Shown here: positions 49,951 through 60,244 of the stretch, piece by piece | Layout: the number at the start of each line of letters is the position of its first letter | Numbering within the stretch: position 1 is the stretch's first letter | Assembly: GCA_964508155.1 (NCBI GenBank) | Contig: CAZDRE010000004.1 | Location: 58,989-122,988 of the forward strand | Length of the DNA stretch: 64,000 bases | Direction of reading: 5' to 3' | Source: an uncultured Candidatus Bathyarchaeia archaeon | Lineage (GTDB): Archaea; Thermoproteota; Bathyarchaeia; Bathyarchaeales; DTEX01 | Notes under the pieces: model-generated | What the model was told of the DNA's origin: nothing | Databases searched by the model: none | The model's input: only the letters and a program-made list of their open reading frames with translations | Translations under genes and position numbers: made by a program

Positions 49951-50973
49951 TTGCCGAAGGTGTTTTATCTTATAGTTGATCAACTTGCGGGGCACTGGGT
50001 TGATGATGTGAGGATCGAAGGAACGGATCTTCCGCCAGTTAATGTTAAGGGCTATCACGAGAAGGGCCTCATACCGAACATTTCTTATTTGATCAGAAAT
50101 GGTCTTTGGGTTAAGAGGGCGTGGAATAGGGGGATCTGCGATACTAGGCATGGGATAAGATACTTGGCTACTGGAAGATATGCGCGTCCCCTATATCATA
50201 GGGAATATTGGAGCAGAAGGGAAGAGTATGCAGACGAGGATCTTGAGGGCTTCTTTGAATATGCCAAGAATTATTATGGTAATGAGATTAAGAGCGCCGT
50301 CTTCTCCGGATGGTATCAGAGAGGATACTTCTATACGCCTGATGTCCTCGTGAATCCAGCGTGGCGGACATCCCACGTTGTGATCAGCGGAGTATTCGAG
50401 TGGTCTGACGTGCTGATCTGGAGGAACTTCGTCCAGCCATACTTGAATACAAATCCAGACTTCAATCTTGTCCACGTTTACTTCCCAACCTTCGATCATA
50501 TAAATCAGTGTCCATCATACGGCGCTGAGAGCCTCTACGCCTCCTCAAAGCATGCCTATATGCTCTTCCTTGACAGCCTTATAGGAGAGATGATCAACCT
50601 ATTCCATGCAAAGGGAATATGGGATGACTTATACTTCATCATCGCTTCGGATCACGGATATCATCTCGGATGTTCAGTCGCGAGAAGCATGGGCGTAAAG
50701 ACGAATAACTGGTGCAGCGATCATGGGGAGCCATTCGACTGTGAAGTCTGGGACTTCAAGGAGGATAGGTCCACTGGCATATATTCTGGAGGACCCAGAA
50801 GAATAACATTCATAGTTTCAGGAGGGGGATTAGGAGAGGAGTATAGGGGGAAGTGCATCGAAGAAGCCGAGATAATAGATGTCATTCCGACGATTGCTGA
50901 TATACTCAATGTTCCATACAAGTGTGAAGGAAGGAGCATCCTAAAGATGAAGCCTAAAGATCAGGATGCTTAA
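49951..50973 (+). CDS. alkaline phosphatase superfamily (nucleotide pyrophosphatase/phosphodiesterase-like) protein
   Basis: LIVDQ, LATG, FDH, IASDHG, H, IDVIPTIA, EGRSI. Confidence 0.75.
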   Translation: MPKVFYLIVDQLAGHWVDDVRIEGTDLPPVNVKGYHEKGLIPNISYLIRNGLWVKRAWNRGICDTRHGIRYLATGRYARPLYHREYWSRREEYADEDLEGFFEYAKNYYGNEIKSAVFSGWYQRGYFYTPDVLVNPAWRTSHVVISGVFEWSDVLIWRNFVQPYLNTNPDFNLVHVYFPTFDHINQCPSYGAESLYASSKHAYMLFLDSLIGEMINLFHAKGIWDDLYFIIASDHGYHLGCSVARSMGVKTNNWCSDHGEPFDCEVWDFKEDRSTGIYSGGPRRITFIVSGGGLGEEYRGKCIEEAEIIDVIPTIADILNVPYKCEGRSILKMKPKDQDA

Positions 50974-50980
50974 GTAATAT

Positions 50981-51688
50981 TCATCCTCTATAGGTTATGT
51001 TAACGAATCTTCTCCCTGCCTCTAAGATCTCTTTTATTTCTTTCTCCTTGAATGGCGTTAATTCCTTTCCACCAACATATAATCCTGTTCTCCTAAAGTT
51101 CTGCAGATAATACCTCCTGGCTCCTTCTATGCTTCTACAGATCTCCAATATATCTTCTTTCGTGTGGAGCTCCTTAACCAGAGTTGTTCGAAACTCATAA
51201 TCGATGCTTGATGCAAGCAGCATCTCCATGGATTCCCTGATGTTTTTGAAGGTTTCTTCAGTTAAGACTCCGCCCACAGCCCTATTATACTTATTGAATT
51301 TAAGTGGGGCCTTCAAGTCCATCTCGACGTAATCTACAAGTCCATCAGATATGAGCTGGCGGAGCATCTTACTGTTGCTTCCATTAGTCTCGAGGGCCAC
51401 TAGGTAGCCCATAGATTTTATTTGCTTAAGAAAGTCGGGCAGGTCGGAGTGTATTGTTGCCTCCCCGCCTGAGACGACTACGGCATCAAGAAACCTTCTC
51501 CTCTTCTTCAGATACGCAAGAACATACTCTACTGGTATCTCCTTTATTTTCTTCATCATCTCTGGTAGAACGAGATGTGGAACATAGCAGAATGGACATC
51601 TGAAGTTGCATCCGAGAGTGAAGATTATCGCTGAGAGCTTACCTGGATAGTCTAGGAGGCTTAATTTTTGGAATCCACCAATCCTCAT
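50981..51688 (-). CDS. nrdG: anaerobic ribonucleotide reductase activating enzyme (radical SAM)
   Basis: SLLDYPG, GCNFRCPFC, SGGE, ETNG, YEFRTT; adjacent to nrdD. Confidence 0.9.
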   Translation of the reverse strand: MRIGGFQKLSLLDYPGKLSAIIFTLGCNFRCPFCYVPHLVLPEMMKKIKEIPVEYVLAYLKKRRRFLDAVVVSGGEATIHSDLPDFLKQIKSMGYLVALETNGSNSKMLRQLISDGLVDYVEMDLKAPLKFNKYNRAVGGVLTEETFKNIRESMEMLLASSIDYEFRTTLVKELHTKEDILEICRSIEGARRYYLQNFRRTGLYVGGKELTPFKEKEIKEILEAGRRFVNITYRG

Positions 51689-51707
51689 GATCCCTCAGCA
51701 CTTAACC

Positions 51708-53813
51708 TTAATGGAGAGGCATGATCGCCTTGTCGAATTTTAATCTCTGCTTGAACTCCTCCTGTTTTCCCTCATTCCATTGCTCGACTGGTCTAAGGTA
51801 GCCTACAGCACGGGAATAGACCTCGCATTGAGTCTTCTTTCCCTCAGCTAGGCATTTCGGACAAAAGTAGTGCTCGCCTGGAATATATCCATGAGTTGGG
51901 CATATACTGAATGTTGGGGTCAAAGTGAAGTATGGAAGCCTGAAGTTCTCACATATCCTCCTAACAAGTGCTATTACAGAATCGACTGGAATATTGCTCT
52001 CCCCAAGCCATATATGGAAGACGGTTCCCCCAGTATATCTGATCTGAAGGGGATCCTGTAGGGTTAGAGCCTCCCATAAGTCATCGGTATAGTAGACTGG
52101 GAGCTGAGTTGAGTTTGTATAGTATGGAGCCGCTCCCTTCTTAACCTCCTCATTATTTGCAACTATTATGTCTGGATACTTCTCCTTGTCTATCTTGGCA
52201 AGCCTATATGAGGATCCCTCGGCTGGAGTGGCCTCAAGATTATATATGTTCCCAGTCTCCTCTTGGAAGTCTTGAAGCCTCTCCCTCATAAAGTCCAGAA
52301 CTCTGATTGCAAAGTCAAGTCCATCCTTATCTCCTATTGTACACCCGAGAAAGTTTAGGCATGCCTCATTCATGCCGACTAGGCCTATCGTGTTGAAGTG
52401 GTTCTTCCAGTATTCTCCGAAGCTCTCCTTTATTCTGCGCAGATAAAACCTCGAGTATGGATACAACCCCATCTCAGTATACTTCTCGAGCCATCTCCTC
52501 TTTGTCTCTAAGGCTTCCTTAGCGAGCTCCATTAGTCCGCCAAGTCTCTCAAAGAATTCATCATCATCCTTCGATAAGTAGCCTATTCGAGGCATATTTA
52601 TCGTTACGACGCCTATGCTGCCAGTTAATGGGTTTGCCCCGAATAGTCCGCCGCCTCTCCTCTTGAGCTCCCTCTTGTCGAGGCGGAGATGACAGCACAT
52701 GCTCCTAACATCTTCAGGTTTCATATCGCTGTTTATGAAGTTCGCGAAGTATGGAACTCCATATTTCGCTGCAGTCGAGAATATCTTCTTGTGAACTGGA
52801 TTATCCCAGTCAAAGTCCTTAGTTATATTTATGGTTGGTATTGGAAATGTGAAGACTCTGCCCAGGGCGTCTCCTTCAAGCATGACCTCCGCAAGTGCCA
52901 TATTGAATATATTCATCTCCTCCTGAAAGTCTCCGTATGTCTCATCTAGAACCTTACCGCCCACAATGACGGGCTCATCCTTCATGAAGTTTGGAACCTG
53001 AAGGTCAAGCGTGATGTTTGTGAACGGAGTCTGAAATCCAACTCGGGTTGGAACGTTCATGTTGAACATGAATTCCTGCAGTGCCTGCTTAGTGGTTCTA
53101 TAGTCTAATCTGTCATAACGTATAAATGGCGCTAGGTAAGTGTCAAAGTTCGAGAATGCCTCGGCTCCGGCAGCTTCTCCCTGAAGCGTAAAGAAGAAAT
53201 TTACCACTTGACCCAGAGCGGTTCTGAAGTGCTTCGCTGGCCTGCTTGTGATCTTGCCTCTAACACCCTTAAACCCCGTTAGGAGTAGATCCTGTAGGTC
53301 CCATCCTACGCAGTATGGACCTAAAACCGCAAGGTTATGTATGTGGAAGTCTCCGTTTACGTGGGCCTTCCTAATCTCTGGGGTTCTCTTGAAGATTCTG
53401 TGAAGCCAATACTGAGAGATGACCTGTGATGATATGTGAAAATTCAATGCCTGTAGCGAATATGTCATGTTTGAATTTTCCCTTACAAGCCAAGTCTTTC
53501 TTTGGAGATACTCATCTACGAGCTCCCTTATTTGCGCATGTAGCGCCCTATAGAGTATGTATGCCTTTGCAGTCTTGTAATGTCCATTCTCAACTAGAAC
53601 CTTCTCAACTGTATCTTGAACCTGCTCAACCGTTGGGATTTCTCCGGGTTTCAATTGCTTCTCTAATAATTGAACAACTTGATCCGCAAGTTTCTCAGCT
53701 CTTTTTCTATCTTTTCCCCCGACCTCTTGAGCAGCCTTCCAGATAGCCTCAGCTATCTTACTCTTATCGAAATCTACTATTCTCCCATCCCGCTTCCTAA
53801 TCTTCTCTATCAT
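51708..53813 (-). CDS. nrdD: class III anaerobic ribonucleoside-triphosphate reductase with ATP cone
   Basis: KRDGRIVDFD ATP cone, PYC, SMCC, EATPAE, C-terminal Zn site, glycyl-radical loop YSRAVGYLRP. Confidence 0.95.
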   Translation of the reverse strand: MIEKIRKRDGRIVDFDKSKIAEAIWKAAQEVGGKDRKRAEKLADQVVQLLEKQLKPGEIPTVEQVQDTVEKVLVENGHYKTAKAYILYRALHAQIRELVDEYLQRKTWLVRENSNMTYSLQALNFHISSQVISQYWLHRIFKRTPEIRKAHVNGDFHIHNLAVLGPYCVGWDLQDLLLTGFKGVRGKITSRPAKHFRTALGQVVNFFFTLQGEAAGAEAFSNFDTYLAPFIRYDRLDYRTTKQALQEFMFNMNVPTRVGFQTPFTNITLDLQVPNFMKDEPVIVGGKVLDETYGDFQEEMNIFNMALAEVMLEGDALGRVFTFPIPTINITKDFDWDNPVHKKIFSTAAKYGVPYFANFINSDMKPEDVRSMCCHLRLDKRELKRRGGGLFGANPLTGSIGVVTINMPRIGYLSKDDDEFFERLGGLMELAKEALETKRRWLEKYTEMGLYPYSRFYLRRIKESFGEYWKNHFNTIGLVGMNEACLNFLGCTIGDKDGLDFAIRVLDFMRERLQDFQEETGNIYNLEATPAEGSSYRLAKIDKEKYPDIIVANNEEVKKGAAPYYTNSTQLPVYYTDDLWEALTLQDPLQIRYTGGTVFHIWLGESNIPVDSVIALVRRICENFRLPYFTLTPTFSICPTHGYIPGEHYFCPKCLAEGKKTQCEVYSRAVGYLRPVEQWNEGKQEEFKQRLKFDKAIMPLH

Positions 53814-53951
53814 ATTAAACCTCTTCTTATCTCCCTCAGATTCTTCTCAAAATATATGAACATAGAATTATGTAAATCTGATCTTTATGGTTGATTTTCG
53901 GCTTCTTGCAGAGTTATTAGCCTTTAGCTCGGTGGAAACGTCTTTCATGCA

Positions 53952-54554
53952 TCATTCTTCTGGTGTAACCTTAAATTCGCAGAATTCATCTCCGGTGGCG
54001 ATACATCTCGTCTCGACAACATTAACGTTTAAGTTAAAAAGTCTCAGGATGATCTCTTCTATGAATCCGGATAGAAAGTAGCAGCAGGGCTTATTCGACT
54101 TTATGCCTCTACACTCAGGGCAATTGTAAATTCTGGCTATATATCCGCCATTTATGAGTTCCTGCTCCATCTTAGAGTCTGCGGGAGCCAGAAGCCTATT
54201 GGATAAATCAGCCATTATCTTTCTCCAATCTGCGATCTTGGATGATAGTTTTATGATGCTTTCAACTCCGCGGGGAAGCTTCATCTTCCTCGCGGCTATC
54301 GTTCCTGCCCTTCGGGAGAATACTACGTGGGCATCTCCAAAGATCTTCATGTTGATTCTTCTAAGCCTCGTCACGTTCTCTAAGGGTATAACTTCATCGG
54401 GATCCGGCGGCTCATCCAGCTCTAGTAGATCTAGCATTCCAGCCTCTCTTAACACAACTTTCGTGGCATTCTCGCCGATTATATCGGCCATGGCCCTAAC
54501 AACAAAGTATAAGATTATCTTGTTCACGAGGGGCTGCGAAGATTTAACGCTCAT
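53952..54554 (-). CDS. stand-alone V4R (4-vinyl reductase) domain protein
   Basis: NCPEC...PCC...G...VETRCIATGDEFCEF. Confidence 0.85.
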   Translation of the reverse strand: MSVKSSQPLVNKIILYFVVRAMADIIGENATKVVLREAGMLDLLELDEPPDPDEVIPLENVTRLRRINMKIFGDAHVVFSRRAGTIAARKMKLPRGVESIIKLSSKIADWRKIMADLSNRLLAPADSKMEQELINGGYIARIYNCPECRGIKSNKPCCYFLSGFIEEIILRLFNLNVNVVETRCIATGDEFCEFKVTPEE

Positions 54555-54651
54555 ATTCGCTCACAGAATCCCTTTAACGCTTTAATTAATATAGCTTAGC
54601 CCCTAATCCTTAAAATCTTTAATTTCTACCGACTGATGAGATGTTGTAACT

Positions 54652-56454
54652 TTAATCGGCAAGCCCCCTAAGAAATCTTAGTAACGTTGGAAGATTCATT
54701 GACGCTGGAGCTCCAAGCCTGAAGGATTGTATTAGATTATATTTTCTGTTGGCCTTGCATAGTGGAAGACCGCCAATCCTATACGTCGAGACTATATCGG
54801 CCATCATATCTCCAATATGGAACAGCGAAGCCGCATTGGTCTTCCTTAGGCATATCTCCAGCTGCCCTCTCCTCGTGATCTCCTCCTCTCTGCTCACCAT
54901 GAGATCAAATAGATCCTTTAATCTAAGATTCTCCAGCGCCAACTCTGCAGCTCTCCTCGACTGCTTCGTAACTAGGCAGACCTTCATTCCCAACTCCTTA
55001 AGCTCACGAATTAAACTCTCAACTTGCACTGTGAGGTCGTTTGGCCTAAGTTTCTCAGCAGCCTCAATCTCAAACTTCTCTATCAGCTTCGACGCTTCCC
55101 AATAGCCCTTCTGATCCTCGGATCTAAGCCTGTATAGGCTCATCATGATGCCGCTCCATCCATGCATAAGTCCATGCTGGATGAGTAGACGCTTAACCAT
55201 TATCCAATCAACCCCGAGATCCACTAATGTTCCATCTAAATCTAGGCTTAGCGTAAGATTTCCCTCTCTGATCCTCTTCCTTGCTTCTCGTAGCCACCAG
55301 TAGATTTTGGGCAGATCTTTAGCCCATAATCTCAAGGCTCTAATCCTCTCAACCCTGAGTCTTCCTAGGGCAACGAGTAAATGCACAAGCAGTCTGGATG
55401 GATCCGCTAGGTCAACGTCCGTCATGCGCGAGTTTTTAATGGTATACTTGAGCATGAAAAGCCATGTCTGCGGATCCTTAACAAGATATCTCATGGAGTC
55501 TAGAAACCATGCGTAGCATCCCTCCCTCCTCGTGTTCAGTGTTCTGGAGAATCTCTCCGCGGCTTCCTCTCCCTCAAGGTAGTATTTGGCTAAGGCTGCT
55601 GGAAAATGGTATCCCAATGATATCGGTAGGTCTATGCTTCCCCAAAATTTTGGGTTTATCTCCATCACGTAATAGTTTCCGCTCTCGCTTTCCCTCCTAA
55701 ACTCAACCATTATAGGACCCGTCCACTTCAAATGCTCTACTACCCTTCTGCCTAACGATGCAAGCTCGGGATCATAGAACTTGCATGCCATCATACTCGG
55801 CCCGCCGATTGGATCCAGCTCTACAGCTCTCCTATGCATGAACTCCATGCATGGCCATCCATTTACGGCTACAGCGTAATATCCATGCCCATCGCCTGTA
55901 ATGAATTCCTGAATTATGCATGGAACTCGCTCTTTAACTATCTGTAGGGCTAGGTCGCGTGATGGAATATACTCCGGCTTAGATGCGTCGCCGATTCCCT
56001 TAATCACGAATGGCGTTTCCAGCAGGCTGATCCCGTCTATATCATTCTCATCCTCTATCTTGACGGTTCTCGGGTATGTCAGGCCGAGCTTTGATATGAT
56101 ATTCGCTAACCTCGCTTTATCCGAGACTTCAGCTACGGCCTCATATGGAGGTGAGGCTACCTTCGCGACTCCGTCGAAGAGATCGAGATGCCTCGAGACA
56201 GCCACAACATCTAAGAAATCCACCGGAATGAGCAGATCCGCCTTCGCCATCAGAACCGAGCGGAAAATATAATCTGCATACTCCTCGCTTTCTCTATCGA
56301 CATCTACAAATATCGCTTTGTCGAAGAGCCTCGAATACATGAATGGATGCTTTCGGTGGAAGAACGCTACAACCCTATACCCGGCTGTTCTGAGGGATCT
56401 AGCTATCGCCAAAGATTTACGTGAAGCCCCGCTGGCTAAGAGAATTGTATGCAT
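54652..56454 (-). CDS. ATP-grasp ligase fused to a C-terminal HAD hydrolase
   Basis: DK, P.VIK, QEFI.G, VEF, MEINPKFWGS; then DLDGTL, VTK, IGD...D. Confidence 0.8.
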   Translation of the reverse strand: MHTILLASGASRKSLAIARSLRTAGYRVVAFFHRKHPFMYSRLFDKAIFVDVDRESEEYADYIFRSVLMAKADLLIPVDFLDVVAVSRHLDLFDGVAKVASPPYEAVAEVSDKARLANIISKLGLTYPRTVKIEDENDIDGISLLETPFVIKGIGDASKPEYIPSRDLALQIVKERVPCIIQEFITGDGHGYYAVAVNGWPCMEFMHRRAVELDPIGGPSMMACKFYDPELASLGRRVVEHLKWTGPIMVEFRRESESGNYYVMEINPKFWGSIDLPISLGYHFPAALAKYYLEGEEAAERFSRTLNTRREGCYAWFLDSMRYLVKDPQTWLFMLKYTIKNSRMTDVDLADPSRLLVHLLVALGRLRVERIRALRLWAKDLPKIYWWLREARKRIREGNLTLSLDLDGTLVDLGVDWIMVKRLLIQHGLMHGWSGIMMSLYRLRSEDQKGYWEASKLIEKFEIEAAEKLRPNDLTVQVESLIRELKELGMKVCLVTKQSRRAAELALENLRLKDLFDLMVSREEEITRRGQLEICLRKTNAASLFHIGDMMADIVSTYRIGGLPLCKANRKYNLIQSFRLGAPASMNLPTLLRFLRGLAD

Positions 56455-56509
56455 GCCTATTCATAACCTCAAGTGTTCGGCCTCTCGAGATAGGAGATAA
56501 AATCTCTGA

Positions 56510-57553
56510 TTAAATATTAATTTCGGCCAGATGAAATTTTGAGAGGGCAACTCTCCAGATTCCCTCATCTCTATCCATCACGGAATAGTAGAGGCATACC
56601 TCTCCATCGTCATTCAATATTGGACTTGGAGTATCAAGTGCCAATTGGCTCCTGGCGGATGGCATGATCCGGGCTCTCTCCTTCTCTCCATCTATCAGAA
56701 TCCTTTTTAGTGCCGTCTTAAAGTATGGCGATTCAGACTTCATAAGTCCGATATACTGTCTATAGGGGAAGCCTATCGAGTAATTTGAGGCCGCTGGAAA
56801 TAGATAGTAATGCTCCCTGGTCCTTAGGCATCCTGGGCAGAAGAGAGACTCGTTCCATTCTCCTAGGGAGCCATTTAAATGTATGAGGGGATTCCCCTCG
56901 TATCTATAGACCTCAATCGACCATTTAGATAATCCTCTAATTCTGATTTTGGCTATCCCTATTCTGCGGCGAACATACCTGTATCGATCCTTCCTTGAGA
57001 TCGCCCTTATTCCCCTCTTGATCGCTAATTGCATCATATTCAGATATTGTTCCCTTCTGCTGATCGAGTGGTTGCTATAATAGAATAAGAACTCATCCTC
57101 GGAGATGTCGAGGACGTTTGGGCCTAAATCTATGCCTCCACCCTCCCATTGGAGCTCGGGCTTTAAGATATCCCCTATAGTCTTGAATGGGCCTTCGGGA
57201 TCATCAGCCCACGCTATTCCTATTCTGCCTCCGATGCCCCTACGTGGTGATCCAGCGAAGATCATGAAGAATCTATTTTTGAAGCGGAATACCGCTGGCG
57301 TCCATGCTCTGAAGGAGCAGAATGATGAATGCTCAAGGATCGGCTCAGAAACCTTATTGAAGGATAATCCATCTTTAGATTTTGCTAGGCCGATCGACCA
57401 TTCCGTTCCATGCCTTTCCTCTCCAAACCCGCTATAATAGAGGTATAATGTTCCATCGTCGCCTTTATATGCGCAGCACCAGCTCGCACCCCTACAATCC
57501 CACGATCCGCTATTGCCCTCGCGGAGAATCACGCCTACATGCTGAAGATTCAC
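56510..57553 (-). CDS. five-bladed beta-propeller glycosidase-like protein (GH32/43/117/130 clan-like)
   Basis: Repeated LYYSG...IGLAKSKDG, P.V, IGIAWADDPEGPF, W.. blade motifs. Confidence 0.65.
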   Translation of the reverse strand: MNLQHVGVILREGNSGSWDCRGASWCCAYKGDDGTLYLYYSGFGEERHGTEWSIGLAKSKDGLSFNKVSEPILEHSSFCSFRAWTPAVFRFKNRFFMIFAGSPRRGIGGRIGIAWADDPEGPFKTIGDILKPELQWEGGGIDLGPNVLDISEDEFLFYYSNHSISRREQYLNMMQLAIKRGIRAISRKDRYRYVRRRIGIAKIRIRGLSKWSIEVYRYEGNPLIHLNGSLGEWNESLFCPGCLRTREHYYLFPAASNYSIGFPYRQYIGLMKSESPYFKTALKRILIDGEKERARIMPSARSQLALDTPSPILNDDGEVCLYYSVMDRDEGIWRVALSKFHLAEINI

Positions 57554-57598
57554 TATTAACTCTCACCACACTGATCATCAAAACATCGAGGCACGATC

Positions 57599-57748
57599 CT
57601 AATTCTCCTCTAATGCCTCATATAAGACTGCCCCCTCAGCCTGTCTCGGAGGCGGAATATCCATTGGATAAGCGATCGTTGGCGCTACATCCGCAAGTCA
57701 CACCGTCCTTTTCAGTTCACAGTTCCTTTTCAATCATGGACCCGCCAT
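57599..57748 (-). pseudogene. C-terminal relic of a type I phosphodiesterase/AlkP-family gene
   Basis: MAGP*LKRNCELKRTV*LADVAPTIAYPMDIPPPRQAEGAVLYEALEEN*; two internal TGA codons. Confidence 0.7.
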
Positions 57749-57813
57749 TAACTTTATGGAAAATCGGAACTAAAATCCAAAGGCAAACCGAGATAATTAT
57801 ACCGGGGGTCGGC

Positions 57814-58887
57814 ATGGGGAAGCTTAGAGTTGGGCATGTTGGAGGCAGACTGGTCTATGCGCACCTATTTAAGAGCCACCCAAAAACCGAGGTAGTCGCG
57901 TTATGTGACATAAATCCTGAGGCCTTAAAGAGGTCTAGGCAGACTATTGGCTTAAGTAGGTCGCAGTGCTTCCGAGACTACGATGAATTCTTGAGAAAGA
58001 CTGATTTAGACATAGTCTTCATTGGGACTCCGATACCCTTCCATGCTGAGCAGGCGGTTAAGGCGATGGAGCATGGAAGACACGTCCTCTCAGAGGTCAC
58101 GGCGGCAAATACCGTCGAGGATTGTGAGAGGCTTGTTCGAACGGTGAAGAAGACTGGAATGAAGTATATGCTGGCTGAGAATGTATGCTACTTCCATTAT
58201 ATTCGCGAATGGGCAAAGATCATCCACGAGGGGAGGCTTGGCAGGATCTTCTATGCAGAGGCGGAGTATATCCATCGTCTTTTACGCTTAATAAGGGATC
58301 CTGAGACTGGAGAGTTGAAGTGGAGGGCTTATAGGCCTCCGATACAATACATCACTCATAGCCTCGGCCCGCTGCTTATGATGTTCGATGATAGGGTTGT
58401 GAAGGCAACTGGTATGGGTAAGGATAGATATACGATGCCGGATCTCCAGGTTGATGGAGTCATAGACATGCAGGTGGCTCTATTCAAGACTTTAAAGGGC
58501 ATAACGATAAAGATACTGAAGAGTCACATCGCCGCTAGATGGCCTCCATTCCACTTCTATACGATCTATGGAACGAAGGGATGCATAGAGAATACTGGAT
58601 TCAGGATTGGAGAGCGGTGGGGCGTAATTTACATTGAAGGGGAGGATGAATCCGTAAGGAGAATCGAATGTCCAATAGCTGACCCTAATGTTCCAGAGGA
58701 GGAGAGGAAAGGTGGACATGGCACAAGCGAATACTACATAGTTCAGGACTTCGTTGAGGCAATAGAGAAGGATGAAAAGCCTCCAATAGATGTTGTAAAG
58801 GGTGTTGACATGACCGTTCCAGGCTTGATCGCGCATGAAGCAGCAATAAAAGGCGAGGTGTGGCTTGACGTTCCACACTTTGAATAG
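57814..58887 (+). CDS. Gfo/Idh/MocA NAD(P)-dependent oxidoreductase
   Basis: MGKLRVGHVG start, ALCD, TP..FH, HVLSEV, AEN, GGHG; the ORF track's 144-aa upstream extension looks spurious. Confidence 0.85.
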   Translation: MGKLRVGHVGGRLVYAHLFKSHPKTEVVALCDINPEALKRSRQTIGLSRSQCFRDYDEFLRKTDLDIVFIGTPIPFHAEQAVKAMEHGRHVLSEVTAANTVEDCERLVRTVKKTGMKYMLAENVCYFHYIREWAKIIHEGRLGRIFYAEAEYIHRLLRLIRDPETGELKWRAYRPPIQYITHSLGPLLMMFDDRVVKATGMGKDRYTMPDLQVDGVIDMQVALFKTLKGITIKILKSHIAARWPPFHFYTIYGTKGCIENTGFRIGERWGVIYIEGEDESVRRIECPIADPNVPEEERKGGHGTSEYYIVQDFVEAIEKDEKPPIDVVKGVDMTVPGLIAHEAAIKGEVWLDVPHFE

Positions 58888-60171
58888 TTAGAGTATTGCT
58901 CCCTGCGATCTAAGCGTCTCTCTGAGAAGCGATGGATCAATCTCTCTTGGGGAGGTCTCGTGTCTTATGCATAGGGCTGCGGCTGTCCCAGCCGCTTGCC
59001 CAACGCCCATTATTATAGGGATTATCCTTATGGCCGCGTGCGCCTCATGAGTGGCTGAGATGCATCTGCATCCTATCAGGAGATTCTCTACCCTAAGCGG
59101 GATCAGGCATCTATACGGTATCTCATAGTAATCTCCTGGAGGCGGAGGTATTATTACGGTTCCCTCACCTGCTGGATTGTGAATATCTATCGGATATGAG
59201 CCCCTGCAGATACCGTCTGGAAATTTATGTGCCTGCACTATATCCTCAGCCGTCATTACATACTCGCCAATTATCCTCCTAGTCTCTCTGACGCCTACTT
59301 GAACTCCAGACCTAATTATGTAGGCGTCCCTGAATGCTGGAAATGTCTTCTTCAACCAATCTACTATCTCAAACATCTGTCTTCTACCTTCAATCTCAGC
59401 CTTCGTTAGATCCTCAGCCTCAGTTCCATCAACCCTTATTATCCTCGTAGTATTGAAGTGTATGATCCCCCTATGGACTGTATGGAACCACAGGACATTC
59501 TCACGTGGACAGGCTATCATGCCCTTGTCCTTCGCTTCACGATAGGCCCTATTAATCTCTCCCCTCGGAGGCATCTCATCCTGTCTGACTCCGGCCAAAT
59601 CAAAGTTTAGGGTCATAGGCTGCATCAATCCATCCTTAGGTCTTCCCTTTTCGTATGGGGCTCCAGCGCTGACCGCTACGTCTCCGTCTCCCGTTCCATC
59701 AATTATGATATCGGCTGATACGGAGTGGAATCCCGACTTATTATGTAAGACGATGCCATCCACGCGGCTTCCCTTCCTCGAGACTCCGACGAATACTGTA
59801 TGTAATAGAAGGTCTACCCCGGCTTCCAAGACGATCCTGTCAAGTATGTACTTCATTATTTCAGGGTCGAATGCTCTGGTTTTAGCGTCGTATCCTCCCA
59901 TCCCCTCGAGTTTATCGATCACCTCCTGGAATATGCCTCCGATGATCTGCTGTTTTCCAGCGTGGAATGGCATGAATGGATTTACAAGTCCGGCTGTTAT
60001 AGTCCCGCCTAGAAAGCCATATTTCTCTACGAGTAGAACCTTAACGCCTAGGCGGGCGGCGGATACGGCTGCTGAGAAGCCTCCAGTTCCCCCTCCAACA
60101 ACTATAACATCATATTTCTTCGATGTATTCAAGTCTATAACCCGATTCCGAAAGTAAGGAGCGACCAGCAT
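58888..60171 (-). CDS. FAD-dependent oxidoreductase (FAD_oxidored family)
   Basis: YDVIVVGGG.GG, IDGTGDGD, RETRRI.G, IPYRCLIP, GQAAG. Confidence 0.85.
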   Translation of the reverse strand: MLVAPYFRNRVIDLNTSKKYDVIVVGGGTGGFSAAVSAARLGVKVLLVEKYGFLGGTITAGLVNPFMPFHAGKQQIIGGIFQEVIDKLEGMGGYDAKTRAFDPEIMKYILDRIVLEAGVDLLLHTVFVGVSRKGSRVDGIVLHNKSGFHSVSADIIIDGTGDGDVAVSAGAPYEKGRPKDGLMQPMTLNFDLAGVRQDEMPPRGEINRAYREAKDKGMIACPRENVLWFHTVHRGIIHFNTTRIIRVDGTEAEDLTKAEIEGRRQMFEIVDWLKKTFPAFRDAYIIRSGVQVGVRETRRIIGEYVMTAEDIVQAHKFPDGICRGSYPIDIHNPAGEGTVIIPPPPGDYYEIPYRCLIPLRVENLLIGCRCISATHEAHAAIRIIPIIMGVGQAAGTAAALCIRHETSPREIDPSLLRETLRSQGAIL

Positions 60172-60244
60172 ATAAAGTATTATCTTGGGGTGGACGCTTC
60201 ATCTCTGATTATAGCTCGCTCCATCACTTCATGCTGTTCCTGTA

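Noticed and set aside
57382..57813. N-terminal extension of the 501-aa ORF
   Set aside because: Overlaps the minus-strand propeller gene and a pseudogene; the Rossmann fold starts at ATG 57814.
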